Source: the human T2T-CHM13v2.0 reference genome, Homo sapiens
Strand: one strand, 5' to 3'
Assembly: GCF_009914755.1 (NCBI RefSeq)
Contig: NC_060934.1
Length of the DNA: 64,000 nucleotides
Part shown: piece by piece, positions 1 to 16,332 of the stretch
Numbering within the stretch: position 1 is the stretch's first letter
Layout of the letters: every line of letters starts with the position of its first letter
Made by a program: the position numbers and the translations under genes
Notes under the pieces: model-generated
Told to the model about the DNA's origin: nothing
Database searches by the model: none
Seen by the model: the letters and a program-made list of their open reading frames with translations, nothing else

Positions 1-169
1 CACCCACAAAAGGATGGAGGAATTGCAGTAGGATTGGTCTGGAAGGCATTAGCCACCCCTGGTGGATGCCACTACCATAGGCAGGGAGAGGGCCTCCTTT
101 CAGGAGTGCTGAGGAGGGTCCTGGGCGTACCTGGAGGGAGTGTTTGACACTGTCCCACAGTTTCTGAAT

Positions 170-1887
<1,718 letters not shown>

Positions 1888-1899
1888 CACCTGTTTTCA

Positions 1900-2192
1900 A
1901 TTACAACATAGGCAAATTTACTAAATTTCCCTTGATGGCTTGTAACTTCGTGGTTTTCTAAAAGAAATCCTTCCCCCTCTACCTCAGGTGTTAAATATAG
2001 TCACCCATATTTTCTTCCAAATTGAAACTACTTTTAAACAAATTATTTAAGTTTTAATCCACTTGGAAGTGACTACTGCATACAGCATGACGTGGGTTCT
2101 AGTTTTATTTCTTCCTTACGGATAAGTCATTCTGTGTTTGTGTATAAAATTCTGGACCAAATTGGCATGGTCTCTATTTTGCTAAATTCTTT
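1900..2192 (-). mobile_element. Old L1M ORF2 fragment, host of the L1PA4 insertion (continues at ~4353-4500)
   Basis: Degraded antisense ORF2-like motifs (aagaaatccttcccc, ttttaatccacttgga; tgcattaaatctcagatt after the L1PA4). Confidence 0.5.
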
Positions 2193-2194
2193 AG

Positions 2195-4343
<2,149 letters not shown>

Positions 4344-4524
4344 AGAAGTCTTTATTTTTGGTAAAGCACATTTTTTACTTTATTCTCTTCACTATATGCT
4401 CTTGTCTATAAATTTCAGAAGGAGCTTATCAAATCTGTAATAAATTCTGTTTGGGCTTTTTAACAAAATTGCATTAAATCTCAGATTAATCTATATTTTC
4501 ATAATTAATATATTTAAAGTATTT

Positions 4525-5617
4525 TTAAATTTTTATTTTATCTTTTAATTGACAATAATTGCACATGTTCATGGGGTACATAATGATGTTTTAATACATA
4601 ATAATGTACAGTTGTTAGATCAGGGTAATTAACATATGTATCATCTCAAACCTTTATCATTTCTTTGTGCTAGGAACATCACTATCCTCTTTCTAGCTAT
4701 TTGAAGCTTTATAGTGTACTATTGATAAGTCTAGTCATCCTACAGTGGTATAAAACACTAGAACGTATTCCTCTTACATAACTGTATTTTTGTATCATTT
4801 AATAAATCTCTCCCTGTCTCCCTCTCCTTCCCAGCCTCTAGTATGCTCTGTTCTACTTTTTGCTTCTATGAAATCTACTTTTTTTAACTGCCACATCTGA
4901 GTGAGAACATGCGAAGTTTAATTTTTTTGTTCCTGGTTTTTTTTTACCCAACATAATGTCCTCCCATTCCATCCATGTTGCCTCAAATGTCAGGATTTTA
5001 TTTTTAATGGCTGAATAGTATTCCATAGTGTATATACATCTCATTTTCTTTATCAATTCATCTGTTGTTGGACACCTAGGTTGATTCCATATCTTGACTA
5101 TTGTGAATAATGAGGCAATAAACTTGGGGGTGCAGATGCCTCTCAGATATAACGATTTCCCTCCTTCAGATAAATTCTCAGTAGTGGGATTGCTGGATCA
5201 TGTGGTAGTTCTATTTGTAGTTTTTTGAAGGACTTCCATACTGTTTTCTGTGGTAGGGGCTGTATGAGTTTAGGCTCCCACCAGTAGTGTATAGGGGTCC
5301 CCTTTCTCTGTATTCTCACCAGCATTTGTTATTTTTTGTGTTTTTGATAATAGCCATTTTGGGGTAACTATTGTAAGTGGGATTACCCTCTTGATTTCTT
5401 TTTCATGAAAGAAATTGTTATTTGGGTATGGAAATGATACTGATTTTTGTACGTTAATGTTGTGTCCTGCAACTTTACTGAATTCGTTTATGAGTCCTTA
5501 GAGTTTTTCGGTAGTCTTTAGGCTTTTCAATATGTAAGATTATGTTATCTGCAAACAGGGACATTTTGACTTCTCCTTTTTCATTTATTTATTTATCTTG
5601 ACTAATTGCTCTGGCTT
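4525..5617 (-). mobile_element. L1MA (L1MA4/5-like) 3' end plus an ORF2 piece, with ~1 kb internal deletion at ~5362
   Basis: 3' end motif gatcagggtaattaacatatgtatcatctcaaac; minus-strand ORF2 C-terminal peptides (YTMEYYSAIK, ELPHDPAIPLL). Confidence 0.85.
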
Positions 5618-6647
5618 TAACTTTTATATCAGTGTTATAAAATCCTATCTATACAGCTAATTTAGATTGATAGCTTATCAGTATCTAGTTTGTATAAGAA
5701 AAGGACATTAATGAAATTCATCAAACTTTGATAACAATACTGTCTCTGTGTGGGATTTTGCATGATGCATTTTTTAACATTTATTTTTGTGCTTTTAAGT
5801 TTATTTTAGTTTTATTTTTACAATGGGTACATGTCAGAGTTATTTTTTTAAGATATTTGTTAATTTTTAAAATGCATTCAAAGGAAAGCAGCTTAGGAGG
5901 TAGACCAAATCAGTTTTGGTATCTTCTATAATGTGGACAAACTACACACATGTGGTCATGTCTCTTCCAATGCGGCAATTTTCCCAACCAATAAAGTAGG
6001 TAGTTTGGTGGCTCTGGTGAGTCATAAATTTTCTAATGAAAAATAATTGGATTCAAATACTGATTCTCCCACTTACTCTATTTTCTTTTACTCTTTTAAT
6101 CTTCAGTTTCTTAATAACATAGGACTAATAATCTCTAACCCCATTTATTGTTTATTGCCACATTACTCACAATAGTCAAGATATGTATTTTTGTCAATTT
6201 TAATGAAATAAAATATGTCAGCTTTATTCTACTTAATTTAAAACCTCAATTCCACAGCCTGTGGAAGTCAAATCCCTCCCCACAATTTCTGCCAATGCCA
6301 TAAATACAAACTGTTATGCTGCTACATTCAGTTCCCATTATGCTATCTCTGTTTTGTCGCTACATCAATCAATCCAGAAACAAAATTGCATTTACTTATG
6401 AGTTTTCAAGCAATTGAGCCATAATTAATTTTATGAAGATTTAGGAGTCTCAGAGTGCACTGTCTTCTGTCATTTTTGTTTATTTCCTAGGCTCTAAACC
6501 CTGTTTACCTCCAAACCAGTAGGATTGGCCCCAGAGCTCAACAGTATTTTGGTGCCTGCAAAAAAAAAAAAAAAGCTGAAAACAAAAAAACAAATAAAAT
6601 GGAAAACAAACAAACAAAAACCCTCTATTGCCTGAATTTACCCTAAT

Positions 6648-6806
6648 GGGAAGGAGGTTGACATTACAAAATTGGGGATATGTGTGTGTGTGTGAGAGAT
6701 TGGAGAGAGGTTGACATGACAAAATTGTGTGTGTGTGTGATTGGAAGGAGGTTGACATTATAAAATTTTTGTTTGTTTTGTTTGTGTGTGTGTGTTTGTG
6801 TGTGTG
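6648..6806. repeat. Three-copy compound tandem repeat: GGAAGGAGGTTGACATTACAAAATT + (TG)n
   Basis: Copies start at ~6649, ~6702 and ~6743, each followed by a TG tract. Confidence 0.85.
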
Positions 6807-7559
6807 AAATCTAGCACAGTGAGTATTTAGACACTAGCTTAGTAAGTGTTCCCTTTCTTTCTCATTGGGTCATCACCTTGTAGCAGAAGTGATTTCAAGA
6901 GCCCACCCCACAGAGATACCTCTTAGATTAGTTTCAAAGGCCGTGTCCTGGCCCTCTTTCTCTTCTCATACATCTCATTTTTATCTTGCTGGGGGCAGCT
7001 AGTGGAAATAACTTAGTTTTGCAGAAGCATAAACACATTCCCTGGTCATGCTCTGTTTCCTTTCAGCCATCTTCCTCGGTCCCAGCTCACACTCACAGAA
7101 ACTGGAGAGTAAAGTGAAAACAGAATTCAGGGTTTACAAAACCTAACTACATTTTTGGAGACAGTGTTTTGTGGTCTTTGCCTTGCCAGACCATCTGTTA
7201 GCCATTAGCCTCCATTCAAATGAAGTCGTCATGTTTTCTTCCTAATGAAGCACTGTGGGCCGAACAAAGCTTTGCGGGTTTCGTCATTCTAAATAGGCTT
7301 GCTCACCACAGAGGACATCCCTCAGCGGGTGTCAATGTTAACAGTCCCCAGGTTCACTTAGAATCCCCTTCTGTGGCTTCACAGAGACCCAGGCCCTGGA
7401 TGCATCGCAGATCCTCTTCTTTGACTACATGTAATGACTGAGCTCTACAATGGTCCGACTGACAACCAAGAGCTACCAACTCTTTCTGGAAAAAATAAAA
7501 TTAGAAAACTATCCCTGCTCCTGGCTTCAAGTTACAAAACAACTACTTTCTATAAGGCT

Positions 7560-7760
7560 ATTTAATGAGTGTGTACTGGGTCCCAACTGCTGTAAAGCAT
7601 TGTTTATAATATTTATAGCAGACTAATAAGATTGTATTATTAGAGCCCTTTACAGCTGAGGAAACAGAATCTCTGAAATTTTGAAAAATGTGCTGAAAAG
7701 TGCATGGTTAATAAGTGACAGAGCTAAGATTCCACACCACCAAAGCTTGCTCTCTGACCA
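7560..7760 (-). mobile_element. MIR SINE
   Basis: Antisense MIR core tttacagctgaggaaacagaatc...taagtgacagagctaagattc. Confidence 0.7.
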
Positions 7761-7959
7761 CTTCCCATGTTCCCTGCTGTGGACACGTTGTAAACAAGTA
7801 AGCACTTTGCCTGCCCTTTCTAATGGAAGGGATATGCTGGACCCAAACTCACAGAGCAAATCAGTGGGCTTGTTTGGACTCAAGCCCACAGCCTTTTGAT
7901 GAATGCTGAACTGAAGCCTTAAGTAGGAGATGGTTATTTTCTGCATTTGTTTAGCAGGT

Positions 7960-8110
7960 TTGGAAAGCAACTGGATTTGGTTTCAAACCTCAGCATTTAC
8001 GAGCTGTTTGATTTTGGATAAGTCACTTTGCCTGAGTGTCAGAATTCTCACTTGTAAAATGAGAATAAAAATGAGAACTCTAGGTACTTACCTGATCGTT
8101 CTCAGGATCC
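7960..8110 (+). mobile_element. MIR SINE
   Basis: agctgtttgattttggataagtcactt...ctcacttgtaaaatgagaataa. Confidence 0.7.
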
Positions 8111-8195
8111 AGCTTCTCCCCCATTAAGATGACAGGCACTCCCTGACTGCAAGGAAGCCAGCTATGCTTGAGATCAAATGAAATAACATGGGTCA

Positions 8196-8545
<350 letters not shown>

Positions 8546-9892
8546 TTATGTGATGAACCATAGGAATTGCTGTCTGACACTTAGCCATAAGAAACCATAA
8601 TTTTTGTATAATTGCCTATGTCCAATTGAATCTGGGAGATCCCTTAGTCTTGGTCATTTTGTTGGTAAGATCACTCTATCCTCCCTGGCATTGTTTGGGG
8701 ATGGACCTCTACTTTCTGGTCAACCATTCATTCCTCTGCCATAGAGATGCTCATGTCTGGTTCTCCGGTGTAGATCCCCTTCACTGGTCACCTGCCAGGC
8801 CAGCCTCAGTGGCTGCTCTCTTAACAACACTGAAGGGCTCAGTGTCCAGACATCTAAGTTCCTGGCCCTGATATTTTGAACTGGCAGTCCCTTTGTCCTT
8901 CATCTTTTGGAGTCCAACTCCCTCCCATGGTTTGCCACATCTATCTTTTATCCTTGAAGCACAAAATCTTTCATTTTTTCCACTTTTGAGACCATTCAGA
9001 CACATTCTTTTGGGTAAGCAGCCACTGATCCAAATGCTTACACAGATCGAACAGAAAATGTAACGGACTGAAACCGCAAGGTGGGAGCACATGGAGCTTG
9101 CCTGCAGAACCAGCGAGAAGTTGGATGTTTGGGGAGGCATCCAGCCTTGGAAGCAGCTCGTCTATTTCTTGGGGGAATGTGGCCCCATGTTCCCACATCT
9201 TCCAAGTGCAAAAACTGCTAACTTGGATTGGGGAAAAGGAGTCCAGGACCTGAATTCAAAGCCTCACTGAACATCCCATGGGAAGAAGAGGAAAATTAAC
9301 TTTCACTCTTTCATTACTTAAGACCCTGCATTCAAAAGGAAAAAAAATTCAACCCAAACAATAAAAAGATATTTAAAAACATCAATTGCATATGGCAATT
9401 CATTTTCTTACAAAGATTGTTTGGGGTAGAAAGAAAATTATTTTCCTGAGCTTTCACTAGTTCTTATACCCAGTAACTGTGTGAGAGGGGAGCTCTGGGG
9501 CCCAGTCACTGTTACTGCCTATCACTTCTGCCAGGAAAGAGAGATCCAGAGGAGGCGGGCGTGCAGGTACTGGCAGGCTTCCCTCCATGAGAGCCCTGGG
9601 GTGAACACTCTCTCTGTGTGATGTTCAAGGGCTACCTGCATATGCAGGCAGAGGTGTCTTCACCAGAAGTACCTGTCTCTGCTGCACATCTAGATTCCCA
9701 GCATGGAACATTCTAGTATATGGATAAACTACTGTAGGTGTTCTTTTTTTTGTTTTCATCTACCTTGATGATTCTAATGAGCAAGTGTTGCAGAATTATT
9801 ATTTTATGATAAGGCTGTCTGATCCAATGTCTCTCTCGTACATGCCCTGCCTCAGGCTTAAAATTGACACTTCTTCTTTCTGCAGGTATACA

Positions 9893-10020
9893 GGAAAGGG
9901 AATAGAGTTAGGGGCCAGTAGAGTTGAGTTTTGTCCTGGTTCTGTCACTAACCGGTTGTGTGATTTAGAGAGATGGCCTGAGTTCTCTGGGCCACGGTTT
10001 CCTCCCCTATAAAATAGCGA
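9893..10020 (+). mobile_element. MIR SINE
   Basis: tcctggttctgtcactaacc...ggtttcctcccctataaaat core. Confidence 0.65.
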
Positions 10021-10419
10021 CATTCATCCCTACTCTGTTTCCTTACAGCTCAGGGCTCCTGGGAGAATACAGTGGGATGCTCGGTATAAAAAAGGAGAGG
10101 ACTGAGTCAAAGAGACTCCCATCCAGACAGCAGGAAGCTGTTGACAAACTTTGTCTGCCCTGCACTGTCCTGTAGGTGGAATGGTTGCTCCCTCCTCGGA
10201 TTCCTGTCTCCACCTGAACAATGAAGGAGTTACCTAGATGAACCCTGCGTAACTCCTTCCAGCTCGTACATTTCATGACCCCAAGATTCCCAGCCCAATG
10301 TCCAGGCTGCCTAGGAAAGGCTGGAGTAGGCAGGTCTGGGGGAATAGATCAGGGGAATAGAGGTGGCTGTGATGCAGAGTGGGGGGTGAGGTAACGGGAG
10401 GCACCCCAAGTGCCTTCAT

Positions 10420-10582
10420 GAATGGGGTGCTTCACATATACTTACTCATTTCATCACCAGACAACACAAGGAGGTCAACAGTAACATTATTACTCTACAG
10501 AGGGGGAAACAGACTCAGGAACATGCTGCTGCTGAGGGGTGCTGAGGGAATTGAACCCAGGTTAGTCTGACAGTAAAGCCGC
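10420..10582 (-). mobile_element. MIR SINE
   Basis: ctacagagggggaaacagactcag...ggaattgaacccaggttagtctgac. Confidence 0.6.
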
Positions 10583-10800
10583 CAGTGCTCTTCACCTGGG
10601 GGCAATCTTGCCCCCAAGGAAACATGTGTTCATGTCTGGAGACCTTTTTGGTTGTCACAATGGGGAATTTGGGTGCTGCTAGAAAGTAGTGGGTAAAGAC
10701 CATGGATGATGCTAACTATCCTGCAATGCACAGGCAAGACCTCCTGCAACAAATAATTATCTTGCCTAGATGCCAATAGTGCCAAGGCTGCAAAACCCTG
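10583..10800 (+). mobile_element. MER20 (hAT-Charlie DNA transposon fossil)
   Basis: CAGTG...CCCTG ends; gggggcaatcttgcccc, atgtctggagacctttttggttgtcacaa and caatagtgccaaggctg match MER20. Confidence 0.85.
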
Positions 10801-12212
10801 AAGGAAGTCCAGAGAAAGGTTCTAGATAGCTGGGCTGCCCTTAACTGTGCCCAGCACCTGTCTCCCCATCTCCCACCCCCATTCTGAGCTAGATTTGCAT
10901 CAGTTAGCTACAGAAAAGGCACATTGTTTCCCATTGATAACAGAAGATGTAACTTGACTTGAGAAAAGCCAACAAAGTTGTACATTTGTATGAAATTAAA
11001 GGCAGGAGAAGTCATACATGAGCTCAGGTTGGTGGCTTAGAAGAGACTCTTTACAGAGCCAGCCCCAGGGGAGGAGGCAGGAGGAAGTATGGTAGGAGCC
11101 GGGTTACCTGCCTACCACTTCCACAGGGATGGTTTTGCTGTGTGCAAACTTCTCCTGAAGTCCTGTTCCTGTTCCTCTCTTTCCACCATTTTTCTGAAGA
11201 CAGCTCTTTGCACAAACCAGGAACATGTGCAGTTGCCCAGTATGAGCCCCAGGGAGACCCCTTTCTGTTCTATTCTGATGCATTTGCTTTCCTGGGGTAA
11301 GACCTGTTTCCTATTCCTCCATTGAGCCTTTAAAGGATTCCTCTCATTGGACAAGGATTTACCAACTTACCAGCTCAGGGCTTTTCTAACTTCCTTTGTG
11401 ACTTATTTGACAAACTGGTTATTTTGAGAGTGTGCTGTTTAATCCTACATGTTATAAAATTTCCCAAATTTCCTTCTCTTGTTGATTTCTAATTTTATTT
11501 CACTACAGTCTGAGAGAATGCTTTGCATGATCTCAATTTTTTTAACTTATCGAGGCTGATTTTATGGCTCCACATGCAGGAGAATGGTCCATGAGAGCTT
11601 GAGAAGAAAGTGTATTCTGCTCTCATCAGGTAGAGGGTTTTATACATGTCTGCAGGACCTAGTTGTTTTATAGTTGTTCAAGTCTTCTGTACCCTTGTTT
11701 ATCATCACTAGTTGTTCTATTCATTATTCAAAGTGGGATATTAAAGTTTCAAATTATTATGGTTGAATTTTTTATTTTTCCATAAATTCTGCCGAGTTTT
11801 GCTTCATGTATTTTGTAGATCTTTTGTTGGGTGTGTATATATTTATATTATATGTATCTTCCTGAGGGATTGAACTTTTGTCAGTATCCCTGCCATGCTG
11901 TATCTCTAGTAACTTTTTAATTTTAAGGTCTATCCTCTCTGATATTATTATAACCACTCTGGCTCTTTCATGTTTGCTATTTGCATTCTACATACTCTTC
12001 TATCCTTTTACTTTAACTTGTTTGTATTATTGAATCTAAGTGCCTCTCTGTAGACAGCATATACTTGTGTCTTGGTTTAATTTTTTTAATCCAGTGTCAA
12101 AATCTCTTCCTTTTTGTTGGATTGTTTAATCCATTCATATTTAATATTGTATTAGTGATATGGTTGGATTTACCTCTGCCATTTAGCTTTTCATTTTCTA
12201 TATGTCACATGA

Positions 12213-12248
12213 ATTGCTTCTTGACCTTTTGACTACCATCAAGTGTAG
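12213..12248 (+). pseudogene. 3'-truncated (tailless) U2 snRNA retropseudogene, U2 nt 1-36
   Basis: attgcttcttgaccttttgactaccatcaagtgtag vs U2 ATCGCTTCTCGGCCTTTTGGCTAAGATCAAGTGTAG, 30/36 identical; 13-bp TSD atatgtcacatga (12200-12212) / atatgccacatga (12250-12262). Confidence 0.88.
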
Positions 12249-15200
12249 CATATGCCACATGATTTTTAAAGACCCCTGTTTTTCATTTACCACCTTCTTT
12301 TTGTAGTATCTATTATAACTAATTCCAATAATGAGATTTTATTATATCTTTCAGTTATTTTCTTAATAGTTGCTCTAGGGCCTACAATATACATCTTAAC
12401 TTATCAGAGTCTGCTTCAAATATGTATTAGCTTAATTCCAGTAATATATAAAAGTTGTATTCATATGTAGCCACATCCCCCTCCGCTACTATTTTTGGTT
12501 ATGATTACTGCACATCTAACATCTATACAGGTAACAAACACAAAAATACACTGCCATAATTGTTACTTTATGTAATCTTATGTCTTTTAAATAAGCTGAA
12601 AGAAAACAAGGAGATAAAGTATACATTTAGAAAGTTTGTTTTATTAAATTTTAATTGCATTTTTGGCTCTCTTAAATTATTTCTGTGGATTTGAGTTACC
12701 ATCTAGTATCGTTTCCTTTCTCCATACAGTTTTGCTCCCACTGTCTTCTTTGGGCTGTTACCATCAATATATTATAGGAAGAACTATATAAATTTATACA
12801 TATTATTTGATGCAATTACTTTTAAAATCAGTTTTTAAAAAGGAAATATATCCTTATATTGTCTTTATATTTACCTTTATCAGCATTCATTTTTTAAAAT
12901 GTGAAATTTATTTACTGTCTGGTGTCACTTATATTCAGTCTGAAGAATTACGCTTAAGAAAAGCCTGCTAGCAATGAATTATCTCACTTTTGGTTTATTG
13001 TAGAATGTCTATTTTGACATCATTTTTGAAAGATAGCTTTTGGTTTTGCTGGGTATAAGACAGAGGGAATTTTTGTTGTTTATGTTGTTTTTCCTTTAGA
13101 CACTTTGAATATATCACCCCACTGTTTTCTGCTCTTTGTTATTTCTGATAAGAAGTCAGCTGTTAATCTTACTGGGGTACCTTTGTGCATGATGAGTCAT
13201 TTTTCTCTTGATGCCTTTGAGGTTTTCTCTTCATATATGGCTTTCAGATTTCAACTATGATATGTCTGGGCAAATATATCTGCGTGTATCCAACTTTTTG
13301 TTTGTTGAACTTCTTAGATGTGCTGATTAATGTTTTCCACCAAACTTGAAAAGTTTTCAGCCATTATGTTTTTAATTTCTATAATTCTATTTCTCCTTTC
13401 CTTATGGTAATTTCATTACACATATATTGCTGTGCCTAATGGTGTCAGATTTATTTGAGACTCTGTTTTTCTTTATCCTTTTTCCTTTGTGTTCTTCAGA
13501 TTGCATAATCTTTATTGCTCTATCTTCAAATTCACTTATTCCTGATTGTACCAGTTTAAAATGTACTGATGAGTTCCTCTCGTAAATTTCTCATTTCAAT
13601 TATTTTATTTTTCAATTTCAGAAAGCCCATTTGATTCTTTTTTCATAACTTCTATTTCTTTGTTGATATTCTCTGTGTGATGAGATATCGTCACCATAAT
13701 TTTCTTTATTTTTTTCTAAACAATTTATTTTGGTGCTTTGAATATATTATAATAGCTAGTTTACGTCTTTGTATACTAAGCCCAACACTTGTGTTCCCTC
13801 AAAACAATTTTTACTTTATTTTATTTAGTTCCCTCTACTGACTATTTTTTTTTTTTTACTATGAGTCACACATTCCTGTTTCTTTGCATATCTTGTAAAT
13901 TTTTTGTTTCCAACTGGACATTTTAGACAATACATTGTAGAAATTCCAACTGATTACATTCCTGTCACACCCACACCCAGGCTTGTTCCCTCTCCCACTA
14001 GTCATTTGTTGATTTTTAGTGATTTGTCTAAATTAAACCTGTGAAGTTTATTCTTCCTCTAGCCTTACATTATGCAGCCTCTGTTGTCTATCCTCATAAA
14101 TTTTTCCCTAGTTTTTTCATTTAGCCTAGTGGTCACCCCTGGGTCCACATTAAGCTGCTTATTGGTCAAAGGTTGTGCTCAAGCCCCCATTAGTCATTAA
14201 ATTTTTACCCATTGCCGTGGATGTATATTTGGCTTGGAAATTGCTTTCACGGTTCAGGAAAGTTACAATTTTTTCCCAAGGTCAAGTAGGAACTAATAGT
14301 TTAAAATATTCCTCCTCAATTAATCCTGAGAGGACATGGCCTTGGAATGCACAGAGTCTTCCAGACTTCAAAAGGTAAATGTGATTTTCTGTTTAAGGTT
14401 GGCTTTATAGGAGTCTCCTCTGGAACAGAAGAGCTTTTTCTTAAGTCAGTTTTTGGTCAGAGTATGTGCTTACGTGTCATGTGCCAGGGAAGCATCCGCC
14501 CCTTTTTGATGAATTTGTGTGTGACTTGGGTACTGTTTCTGTCCCATTCCCTACTCTAATTTTTTCCAACTGAATGCAGACTAATCTACAGGAATAGCCT
14601 TGCCAACACCTAGATTTGACCTCGATCCCAGGAGGATCTTTCTACACTCTTTCTTTTCCGGGTTCTCTCTGTTAGACTCTTGGCTGTTCTGCTTTTTCAC
14701 TTGTTACAAGTCTCATGGAACTACCAGTCCCCTCTTAGTGGCTCTCCACAAAGATCTCCATTGTTTTTGACAACACCCTTAGGCATAAAATTCTCTGCAC
14801 TCTTTTCCAAACAAAATCAGTCCTCTCAGGAACAACTGTGTAGCTATCCATGCTTGAGGCTTGCCTCTTCTGCTCTATGGAATCCCTGTGTCACCGGTGG
14901 GACATACGGGCAAGAACAATAGTCCATTTTTCCCAAAGGAATATCCTGCTCTGCGAGTGGTCACTGGTCAGAGATGGTAGCCCATGGTCTTCTAGGATTG
15001 CCCCTACTGCTGTGGAATCTTCATCCATTGAAAGGTCATGGACAAAAGTAGTCCCAACATTTTGACTTGCCATACCTAGGGTAGAGCTTCTTTTATATGA
15101 ATGGGAACTGGGTGAAAGAAGTGAATGCTAGTCCTTTTAGCCACATCCACCCAAAGTAGACCTCCTGCAAGAAGAGGGGTATGAGGAAAGCTGGTATTCT

Positions 15201-15464
15201 GCCTCTCTCTGCATGAAGTCAAAGCCATAGACTGGAAACTGGAAGAAGAGGGATCCTATGCCTTCTTGGCTAAACACATCTGGAGTAAAGTCCCTAGGGT
15301 AGAGCTTTTTTCACAAGAAGCTGAGTGCGGGCTGGACATGGGAGCAGTTCATGGCTCAAATGTCAGTCTCTTGCTATTTTTATCAAGATGTATTAGATTT
15401 TCTCAAGTAAATGTTTTTCCATTTGCTGCATGCCATTGAGACAATTTTTAGAGATGAAATTGTT

Positions 15465-15708
<244 letters not shown>

Positions 15709-15766
15709 TAAATTTCAATGAGGAGAAGGTTGGCAGAGCTCCTCTTACCACACACCATTCATTCAT

Positions 15767-16332
15767 ATACAGTGCACTATGTACAGAGAAACACTTAAGC
15801 CAAACTGAAAAATGTAAAGAGGCAGCTTCAGACTAAACTTAATTTAATAGTTTCCTACTTTTGATCAACCTCCCAATTTTAAGAGGTTGACCAAAACTTT
15901 AGGCATTGAAATCACTCTGTCTCCATTGTAAATGTACTTATTTGGTCCTAAATCCTACTAGGAAATTGAAGAGGAGTATGTTTTGTAAGGTGGGAACGAG
16001 GAATTCAGGCTTTTTTCTTTTCTTCTTTTTTTGGTTACAGTAGAGGGGGCCTCCTTGTGCTGGAATCTCCTGTGTACACGAAAAATACAAAACCTGGTCT
16101 GTTTTAGGACCTATCTGCTTTCTTAAAGTTTCCATTTGATTATGTGGCATTTAGCATGAAACTTTGTTTTGACTTTCTCTGGTCTGTTGGGGCTTAGTGT
16201 ACAAGCTCAGTTCAAAACAATGGCATCCCATAATTTTGTTTAAACGTTCCCCTCTTTTGATCAGGTTCTTACTTAGGTGAGAATGAGACCAAAACTTAGG
16301 GCTTCAGCACCACTCTCAGTTACCATAATTTG
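15767..16332 (-). mobile_element. ERV1 MER57-type fragment: end of the internal region, PPT and first ~83 bp of the 3' LTR
   Basis: Reverse complement of 15767-15849 = tattaaattaagtttagtctgaagctgcctc...gtacatagtg (MER57 LTR start); adjacent MER4-group internal sequence (caggttcttacttaggtgagaatgagaccaaaacttaggg). Confidence 0.7.

Noticed and set aside
6648-6806. Repeat-spacer pattern resembling a CRISPR array
   Set aside because: Eukaryotic context, only three degenerate units, spacers are TG microsatellite, and no cas genes.
9635-9648. Perfect 14-bp palindrome CCTGCATATGCAGG
   Set aside because: About four such palindromes are expected by chance in 64 kb (4^-7 per site).
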